NCBI GenBank assembly: GCA_964016885.1
Contig: OZ024740.1
Location: 183,768,001 to 183,832,000 of the forward strand
Reading direction: 5' to 3'
Source: Eledone cirrhosa
Lineage: Eukaryota
DNA: 64,000 bases
Shown: piece after piece, positions 54,612 to 64,000 of the stretch
How the letters are laid out: each line of letters opens with the position of its first letter
How positions within the stretch are numbered: position 1 is the stretch's first letter
Made by a program: the position numbers and the translations under genes
The notes under the pieces: model-generated
Told to the model about the DNA's origin: nothing
Seen by the model: only the letters and a program-made list of their open reading frames with translations
Database searches by the model: none

Positions 54612-55695
54612 ATTAGTATATTTACCAACATATGCGTACAGATGTACCCTAATGCTAGCAAATACATACGTTATGTCATAGTACCTAGGTGGTTCTATGC
54701 AGGGGGATGCAGAACAATTATATGAAAGACGTAAAACAAGAAAACTTTAAAAATTAAAAATTAACTTATTTACTAAAATTTTCACTCCAACTAATTAGTT
54801 TCTGTAATGGGATAAATATAGTTACGCAATGTAACTATCGAGAATTCATTACGTCATCAGCGAGTCTATTCTCAGCTAAGTCCCCAGGCAATGCGCGGAC
54901 ACTAGGGACTCATATAAAAATAATAATTCGGTGGATGGAACTGCTAGCGGGGACTGAATTCCATAGCACTGAAAAAGTCCACTGTCTCTGATCAAGTGGC
55001 AGATTCTAAAGAATCAATCACGTTACACTGAGGCTAGTCAGTAGGAGTGGGATGGTATTATGACAAGAGCCTACTACCACTACAATGAATTAGCAGTGGA
55101 TATATATATATATACACACATACATATATACATACATACATACATATATATTTAGGTGTGTAAGGATGTTGATATGATCTATGTCTTCTTTTTTTGGTAA
55201 GGAGAACATTTTTGTCCCCAGATTTTATTACCTAGGGAGATAAATACCACACTTCTGGCTGAAAGCTGACCAGGTTCTCAACCTCATCAAACACTAATGC
55301 CGACTTGTGTGTGTATATATGTGTGTGTGTGTGTATGTGTGTGCATATATGTGTGTGTGTGTATGTTCACCACCATTGCTTCTTCTTGTCATTTCTTTGA
55401 TTTCTTTTGATTTTCTTTAAATCTCCCTAGGGAATTCGTTGACAAGCTTCTTTTATTTATTTTCTTCGTTTTCTTCATTCTAATCACTGACTGTCTAAGA
55501 GACTTACAAGTATGACTTATCAAACTTACCAAACTAAAGGGGCTTATAGCACCCTCGAAGTTTCAAACGCTCCCTTACTGCATAACAACGTCCCCCTAAC
55601 GCCACCTCACAGAATAACGCCCCCCCCCCCTGGAGCAACGAAACGCCCCCCGGGGGGCATATGCCCCTCCCCCGTTGAGAACCTTTACTATAAAC

Positions 55696-56359
55696 AATCA
55701 CTCCCAGGTCTTTGATGCCTTGAGGGTTTTACTTGAGGGAAGGGAATATGAGAGTTTCAGTGGATCCTCTTTTCCAAAGTGGATTATCTCAAATGTATCC
55801 TCATTCAGCAGCATATTGTTATTTTCTGCCCATTGGATAACAGCCAGTAGGTCAGACTGAACGCACTTCATTGATGACCTTCAGGAGTATGGAATCATCT
55901 TCAAAGATTCTTATGTTGTGCTTGATGATGTCAGTAATATCATTAATGTAGATGATGACAAGAAGGGGGTCCAACACAGTGTCTCGTGGAACGCCACTAC
56001 TGATCATGGCCGGGCTTGATTTTACTCCTTCGTCTACACCATGTTGGGCTCTGTCCATCAGGAAACACTTGATCCATTTCAGTAACTTTCCAGAAACACC
56101 GATATTTGATAATTCTTCCAATACAATGTTGTGATCAACCCTGTCAAAGGCCTTGCTGAAATCAAGGTAGATGAGCCCTGTCCTAAAGCTCTCAAAATAT
56201 CATCAAAATGATGCAGGAGCTGTGTTAGGGAGTCCCTTCCATTACGGAATCCAGTTGGAGTTCAGCAGTCTGTTGATTTCAAGAAAGTGGGTTATTCGTG
56301 ATCTCACCACCCTATCACATATCTTAATAATATGAAAGGTAAGTGAGATCGGACGGTAA
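55696..56359 (-). pseudogene. CR1/L2/Jockey-type LINE reverse transcriptase
   Basis: YRPISLT, IYLDFSKAFDRVDH, G.SGKLL.WI..FL..R.Q, SGVP...VL.PLL..IYIND and FEDD. Confidence 0.9.
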
Positions 56360-57255
56360 TCTATATATATAAAACTGTGGTTGTCTGTCTGTCTATCGAT
56401 TTTTGGCACACATCTCCTCTTAGAATCTCTCACGGAATTGCAGCGAAATTGCTATACTTGTACATTGAGCCCTAGCGAAGACATCGGAAAAAAAATTTCA
56501 AATTGACCCACCCTATGTGACGAAATCGAATATAATGTATCGATTTTTGAGCGTAAGTGATCAGTTATTTCCCTTTGTTCTGTTTACATTGAGCGTCTTA
56601 CGTAAAAAATTACGCTGGCTTTAACAGTTGTCGAGCCAGCAAAATATTGACCTGCAAAATTCATCAGTTCGAACACTAAGCTTCCGTTTTGCTTCATTTC
56701 CATTTAAAAGCATTTTAAAACAATATTTTTACTTGAAAACAAGTCTATTTAAAGACTACGTAAAACAAGCAAATATTTCGTCGTTAGGCGTGCAGACAGA
56801 CAGTCGTGCAGAGAGGTGATATAGGCGTGCAGACAGACAGTCGTGCAGAGAGGTGATATAGGCGTGCAGACAGACAGTCGTGCAGAGAGGTGATATAGGC
56901 GTGCAGACAGACAGTCGTGCAGAGAGGTGATATAGGCGTGCAGACAGACATAACTGGTAATTTGGTTACGCTAATGTTTTTCTCTGCGTTGCAGTGTTTA
57001 CATTTTCGATCTTTGTTAATAAATAACCAGTGCAGTTTCTATCCCCAGCATCCTCTTTTGTTATAACATTCGGGTTATCGTTATGTTTTCTTAACTTCAT
57101 AAGGCATATTGTTGGTTGAGGGAATATTAATCAAAAACACCACATGCAAGTCTGCACAGTAGACACTACAGTTTTTAAGCCAAGAAAGAAACTTAACATT
57201 GTAACTTTAACACAGCTACTGAGCGACCCCGAGCAACACCGGGCTTTACTGCTAG
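56360..57255 (+). mobile_element. Non-autonomous Helitron
   Basis: A|TC start (tctatatatataaaactgtggttgtctgtctgtc). 3' hairpin cccgagcaacaccggg then CTAG|T. Confidence 0.85.
56785..56950. repeat. Perfect 37-bp tandem repeat, ~4.4 copies
   Basis: ggcgtgcagacagacagtcgtgcagagaggtgatata starts at 56787, 56824, 56861, 56898 and 56935 (partial). Confidence 0.95.
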
Positions 57256-57537
57256 TATAATATATATGTAACTATGTAATATATACTTATATGCATATAT
57301 ACATCAATATTATATTACTGTCCGTTACAATAACACGGAATGGTGGTGGGGCTTCCCGGCTCAAAATCGATCCTCTATTTTCTGTATTCTATTCTCTCTT
57401 TGAAAAATGTTTATTTATTATTTATTAAACATACCATAATTCTTAAGATATACGATATTCACACACACACACACACAGACATACACACACACATACATAC
57501 ACACACGCACACACATGCACACACACATATATATATG

Positions 57538-57603
<66 letters not shown>

Positions 57604-57612
57604 AACCAGTAA

Positions 57613-57707
57613 GACCCCGACAGCTGAGCTCAAGCCGTTTCGACGGCTAATTCTGGACTAAATGAAAATTTATCCTGGTATTTAAATAGCCGATCTTCTC
57701 AAGGGGT
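57613..57707 (-). ncRNA. Hammerhead, U3-A8 core, family C relative
   Basis: acccc-TTGAGAA-gatcggcta...tagccgtc-GAAA-cggc ttgagctca gctg-TC-ggggt. Confidence 0.78.
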
Positions 57708-58369
57708 AATTCCATATATGGTCAAAGTGATTGTCAAAAATCAGTAGTAATTCTGTGGTTGCAAATTAGTAGGGGAGATGGTGGCTAAACCTGCCAGTAG
57801 GAGAAAGAGGGGAGGGGGTGGAGTAGACCCAATCAAGCGTTGGTAGTGCCAGCTACAGCTGGGCATGAGGTCAAAGAAGATACAGGGGAGGGGGAGGGGG
57901 AGGAAGTCGGAACGGTAGGTAGAACAATGGGGGGTAGAAAAATATATATAGGAAAGAAAAAATACTGAGAGTGAAGAAAAGCAAATAAGTCTAAAGAAAA
58001 AAGTAAAGTAAATTAAATTCAACGACCTAGGTCTCAGGCTATTGTTAGGCTAGAATAAAATAAAGAAAGAAAGAAAGAAGTAAAGAAATAAATAAATAAA
58101 GAAATAACGAAATAAGTAAAAGAACTAGGTGGGACGGATAGGCAAGGACCCTTTTAAGAGGTATAAGTACGTAAATGATACGGTGACGGGTCAACAAAAG
58201 GGGCCAAAATACTAAAGAGACTACCACGAAATAAACAATAAAGGTTTCCATCCCGGGCCAGCAACGACCCAGTGCAGCAAAGTGAACTTGTACGAGATAA
58301 TAATTCTGAGTCCCGAGAAAAATATATACTAAAGCTAACTCTACATTTCCTTCGTTATATATATATATA

Positions 58370-58491
58370 TATAAAGAAAAAGAGATGAAATCGAAAATGC
58401 AACTGAAGTCTTATTTTTTTTTTTAATATATATATTTAAAAAAAAAATAAGACTTCAGTTGCATTTTCGATTTCATCTCTTTTTCTTTATA
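58370..58491. repeat. ~120-bp near-perfect palindrome in a short repeat (related copy at 62412-62540)
   Basis: aaagaaaaagagatgaaatcgaaaatgcaactgaagtcttattttt... is followed directly by its reverse complement. Confidence 0.9.
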
Positions 58492-58546
58492 CTTCCACTC
58501 GTGTAGGACACCTCGGTTATTTTTCATTTTGTAAAAAAAACCTCAC

Positions 58547-58772
<226 letters not shown>

Positions 58773-58855
58773 GTGTATATATATATATATATATACGCAT
58801 ATATATGTATATATATATGTATATATATATAGAGAGAGAGAAAGAGAGAGAGAAT

Positions 58856-58906
58856 AGCTTCTACAGGACTAGAACTGTTTAATTCGTGAGAAATCATCAG
58901 GAAGCT
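58856..58906 (-). ncRNA. Hammerhead homologous to 10744-10794 (G12 mutated)
   Basis: agcttc-CTGATGA-t ttc tcac gaa t-TAAA-cag ttctagtc ctg-TA-gaagct. Confidence 0.7.
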
Positions 58907-59344
58907 GGCTGTTCAAGTAAATGATAATATTTATATATTTCCTTATCTGGTGGTAGGAGGGGGTGCGGATAGTGATGGGTGGGGTTCAATGGTTTACAGA
59001 GAAGGGAAATTCTTTAGAAGCTAATTCTTTAAGGCTGAAGTAAGGGTGACATAGGCAGAAAGGGTTCCATCAACAGATTCAAGTGTTGGGGTGAGACCCC
59101 TTATTGTGAAGTTATATATATTCGAGGTGTCGACAAACACTTTGACACACGCACCCACTTACACACGTACACACACGCACGCACACACAGGCAGGCACAC
59201 ACACAACAAACATACATAATTGTACATACACACATACAAATATACAAATATATACATACCATATACATATATATGTGTACATACATACGCATACATACAT
59301 ATACATACATATAAATATATTAGTTTTGCAAGGTTTTTGATATG

Positions 59345-62000
59345 AAATCGTGTGTCGAACAAGGCGCACAAGTGATGGTGAGGTAGTATGTCTAACCACG
59401 GATAAGTCTGGTAGCATGTCAATAGACAGCATGCCGAACTACATCAAGGCTATGCAACCCACATCACCAACACGAGCGAAATTGCACATCAAATACATGA
59501 TGGGTGAGAGAAAATCCTCAACGCTCACATGATGATGTGGACCGACATACTAAAGCCAAGCAGACGCACCGCCAACAACTTCCAGGCGACTAACAATGTC
59601 ATACCACCCTTGTATAGGTTCCGCAAAGACCACAAGACAGTCGACGAACCTCAACAGGACCAACAACAAGACCCGTATGTGGAGGAAATATAGCTAGCAA
59701 CGACAGGATCTCCTACTTCCTCTCAATCGTTATACGCCCCATAATCAAGATGTCCCCAGATGTATGTGACAGTACAGAGGACCTCCTCTTCAGAATCAGT
59801 GAGTGCAACAAAAACAGGAACCTATTCAATTTCATAATAGGCAGTATGGATGTGGTATCACTGTACGCATCCATTAACATTGATTTTACTGTGGAAAAAT
59901 GTGTGGAGATGATCATTGAGAGTGAGGTGGAGTTCTGCGACGTCCACACAGACGAACTGGGCCTCCTACTTAGACTTACCTACGACACTGACTACCTAGA
60001 CAGCCATGACCTTAGACGTTTCTGCCCCAGTAGACCCATAAGAGGTTGACCCCCCCCCACCATAACCTCAATAGCTAAAAAGACACCCATGGGAAGGTGT
60101 ATTGGTTGGACCAAAGCTATACGAACCCCCCAAAACAATGATCAGGTAAGAAAAATGGTCGTACATGCAATAGGGGCTAGTATCAAAACTACCCTAAAGG
60201 GCCACATATTCAAGATCTGCACCCAAAATGACGGAGCAGCCATTGGCGTCAGCATAGCTGGTGATGTTGCCAACCTTTTTTATGGTATGGTGGGAAAGGA
60301 AACTTAAAGATCTCCTTAATAAGAGCTCCATAGACCTCATCATGTACTCTCGTTATGTAGACGACATCAATATAATAATAAGGACATTCCAACAAGAGAG
60401 CACTAACAAGTTTTATTTAGAACGTAGCACAATGGAAAGCATCCAGCAGATAGCTAATTCCATACACCAGAATATAACCCTAACTATCGACTACCCTTCC
60501 AAACACCCTAACAATAGACTACCGGTATTAGACACGGAACTCTGGATTAACGCTATAGACGAGAGAGCCCAAATTCTCCACTCACTCTATGCTAAAACCC
60601 ATGGCCTCAAAATACCTGATACTCAAAAACTCAAAAATGTCCAGTAGTGCTAAGTTTAATATTCTGATCGCAGACTTGGTACGAGTCATGAAGAACGTGT
60701 CCCGCAGGTGCGACCCAATAGAAATGGAAAGACATATCTAACATTTCATCAACCGCATGCATTTCTCAGGCTACAACCAAAGGAACAGAATCAGAGTATA
60801 CGAAAGAGCCACGGAGAAGTATAAGACCCTCATAGAACTGGACATGGAAGGAATTTGCCCATTATACAGGAGCAAATCATGGAATAGCTTAGATAGGGCT
60901 AGACATAAGATAGGGAAAGCCTCCTCATGGTACGACAACCAGAGATACCAGAGTGTCAGGTTTGTGGACGCTACCCCTGGAGGGGAATTAGCTAACCAGT
61001 GTAGAAAGGTCCTGAGAAAGACCCACTTAAAGATTAAGGTGGTAGAAAAGCCAGGAACCACCATAAAATCCCTGATCAGCAAAACGTAGCCTTTTAAGAA
61101 AATCTACTGTACTAATAGGAAATGTATCATATGTAAAGTAAACTACCGGATAAACTGTAAAACTAGAAACGTAGTCTATAGCATAAGATGTACAGAGGGT
61201 ACCTGCAGACACATGACAACAACATACATAGGCAAGACAGCTCATAGCATAGGTGAAAGGATAGACCAACACTTAGGGAACTAAAAGGGCGAAAAAACGG
61301 TTCTGTACTATACGAACATGCCAGACAACAACACGACGGTAACATAGACAACATAGAAATTAGAATAATATCTAAACATAGAAATGACCCAGCAGATAGG
61401 CAAATCAGAGAGGCCAGTGAAATAGAACTTAGAAGGCCAAGGCTAAACAGAAAAATTTAATGGAATAACAACAACATCCAAACAAACAACACTGACCTAA
61501 GAGAAGTATAATTAAATAAATAGATAAATAAATAAATACATACAATAGCACAATAACAACAAACATATATAAACACACACTAGTAAAGATAGAATACATT
61601 AACCAATACACAGTCACCCAAACACGAACACACATCAAACAAAACACTATACACACACGCAAACGCATGCGCAAAGAGGACAAACAAATAAACAAATGAA
61701 TAAATATATATTAACAGACTAAATAAAGATGGCGTAGACATACAATGCAACGAGAGGAAACAATAGCACCACTGACGATGTTGCAGATGTGCAACGAAAG
61801 AACTTTGATAGACTATACATATATTTTTGTGTCTATATTGTATCTGTATTTTAACCGTTGGTCAGTCAATGGCAACATTGTGGACGGAATAAATTAAATT
61901 AACCGATATAAAAGACACAGAAGCGAAATCCAACCAAACAGTGAGTGTGTTCTGTTATTAATTCTGGCAATATTACATAAATATGACCCTTCCCAAGTAT
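59345..62000 (+). mobile_element. Penelope-like element (C-terminal GIY-YIG), degenerate
   Basis: TDKSG, YRFRKDHK, SMDVVSLY.SI, Q..GAAIG, RYVDDI, LPVLD, FSGY and VVEKPG, then C.NRKCIIC...C..RNVVY.I.C....C...YIG.T...ER..QH (stop near 61460). 3' UTR has a hammerhead-like motif. Confidence 0.88.
61768..61862 (+). ncRNA. Hammerhead-like motif in the PLE 3' UTR
   Basis: acca-CTGACGA-t gttgca gatg tgcaac-GAAA-(long stem III region with atagac/gtctat)-tggt. The cleavage triplet is not canonical. Confidence 0.5.
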
Positions 62001-62329
62001 AACGATATATATATATATTCGTACGTACACCTATACATACATATATACACACGCATATATGGAAATATATGCATATATACACATATACATATATATATAT
62101 ATATATATATTTATATGTGTATATATTTCCATATATATGTGTGTGTATGTGTTTGTGCGTATTCGTGTATTTACTTATATATTTATATATGTAGGTGCCT
62201 TTCTATATTTTTTACTTGTATGTGAATTTATGTACATTTTATGTACATTTATGTTCATTTATGTATGTACATTTGTGTATATGTAATTTCTCTCTCTCAC
62301 ACACTCTCTCTCTCTCTCTCTCTCTCTCT

Positions 62330-62419
<90 letters not shown>

Positions 62420-63108
62420 GTGAGGTTTTTTTTACAAAATGAAAAATATCCGAGGTGTCCTACACGAGTGGAAGTATAAAGAAAAAGAGATGAAATCGAA
62501 AATGCAACTGAATCTTATTTTTTTTTTAAATATATATATTTATTTGGTTCCTTTACCGGTTTCGCAGTTCTTCTGCTTTTCAAAATTTTCAAAAGGTGAG
62601 TTGAGATGGAGGGTCTGTGGTTTTTCTCACATCTGGTTGGTCTCTAAATGTTACTTGTCTTATATGGAAAAAGTGGCTCGAAAGCCAGGTTTTTCGAGAA
62701 GTAATTTGATTGGTTTGTCAATAATTATAATAAATTTCGCGCCAGTTCGCGTTACAATAGTTCTTCAAATAAGAGAGGGGGGGGGGCTCACAGGTTGTTT
62801 TTTCATATATGAGTGTTTGAATTTCTTTTTACTTGAAAAAATGAGGCTCACGAAGCCTTTTTTTTTGGTTGGTTATAAATGAAATTTGGCTGTCACGTGA
62901 ACAAGTTTTCATTACATTTTTGCGCCCTTATTTGGAAAACTATTCTGTAGTCTTTATAGTGAATGTTATGACAATGGAGAGATAGTGGTCAAGGGAAAAG
63001 GGATTGGGAGAAATGTTCTGGTTCAGTGAATATGGCCAGCTGTCAGAGTTCAGGTGTCAGAGTTCAGATTTTCTATTGAGACTGAAGATATGTGTTTATT
63101 TGTGTGCT

Positions 63109-63139
<31 letters not shown>

Positions 63140-63568
63140 ATGTGTGTATTGGAAGATGATTCTATTAGTAGAGATGGGGGAGGGAGTTGTGTGTGTGTGT
63201 GTATATGGGTGTTATGTGTGTGTGTGCGAGTATGTTAGATGGAGAGAATATATATTTTGTGTGTGTGTATATATATATGTGTGTAGGAAAGTGGTTCTAT
63301 TAGTAGAAATGGGGAGGGTGTTGTAGGTGTGGGGGTTGTTATGTGTGTGTATGGGTGTTATGTGTGTGGGAGTATGGTTAGCATGTTAAGATGAAGAGAA
63401 TATATATATATATATTGTGTGTGTGTGTAGGAAAATGATTCCTTTAGTAGGAATATTTTTGAATGAACATATTTTCCTGACTTTTTCGTGTTTGCTGTTG
63501 TATTGCCAGTGCAAACGTATGTTAAGGTTTATTTAGTTAGGGTTTTTATTTTCTAAAGTAGAAGGTGT

Positions 63569-63615
<47 letters not shown>

Positions 63616-63642
63616 CATATTGTGGCGTTGACATAATGTATA

Positions 63643-64000
63643 TTAAACCTTATTTAATGTTGGTCTATATTTTTGAATAAACATATTTTCCTTATTTATT
63701 CGCATTTGTTCTGTTGTATTGTTAGCGCAAAGGTAAAATGGGAAGACTTGGAATTTGGGTGTCTTATTACTTGCGCAAATATCTAGATATGCACTTAGTG
63801 GTATCTGTCTCGTGGTTGGATCTCGTAATTGTTGGCGATGAACTGTCATTCTGTTTCTGAGTGTGAGTTTAGTTTGTCCTATATAATCTTCATTGCATCC
63901 TTTACATTTAATGGCATAAAGTAGATTTTTTGATGAGCAAGTGAAGTGATTTTTTACAGTAAAATTTTGTCCTGATTTAAATGTATACGTGTTGCCTTCA
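63643..64000 (-). pseudogene. GIY-YIG endonuclease end of a Neptune-like PLE (runs off the window; 3' UTR probably extends to ~62412)
   Basis: FTCSSKNLLYAIKCKGCNEDYIGQTKLTLRNRMTVHRQQ...KENMFIQKYRPTLN. Confidence 0.85.

Noticed and set aside
56785-56950. 37-bp repeats as a CRISPR array
   Set aside because: The repeats are head-to-tail with no unique spacers, the context is eukaryotic, and there are no cas genes.
61090-61290. Selenocysteine recoding as in Naiad PLEs
   Set aside because: The conserved Cys codons are TGT/TGC, the stops are TAG/TAA at non-Cys positions, and the endonuclease is C-terminal.

Overview
This is an AT-rich eukaryotic (animal) genomic window made almost entirely of nested repeats. 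The SINE families and the (TA)n/(CA)n/(GA)n density suggest an octopus or other cephalopod (inference). No intact host gene is evident, and most ORF-track entries are microsatellite read-throughs. The window is dominated by Penelope-like retroelements (PLEs; RT plus C-terminal GIY-YIG endonuclease). There are about 9 coding copies or fragments, five of which resemble the Hydra clade. More than a dozen short non-coding PLE-type inserts sit in (TA)n tracts with inverted or partial-tandem ends. Manual folding shows that many of these families carry their own type I hammerhead ribozyme. These include core variants (U3-A8 in 2-3 families; A4 or C4), U-U at the base of stem II, palindromic mini stem III, and greatly extended stem II, with compensatory changes between copies. 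One PLE-style tandem unit instead carries a tRNA-like Pol III cassette. Other content: a 7.8 kb hAT (Charlie/Buster-like) element with an 8-bp TSD that splits a CR1/L2-like LINE, two non-autonomous Helitrons, MITEs, SINEs, LINE fragments and a 200-N gap. All calls are by eye, with no database searches or folding software.
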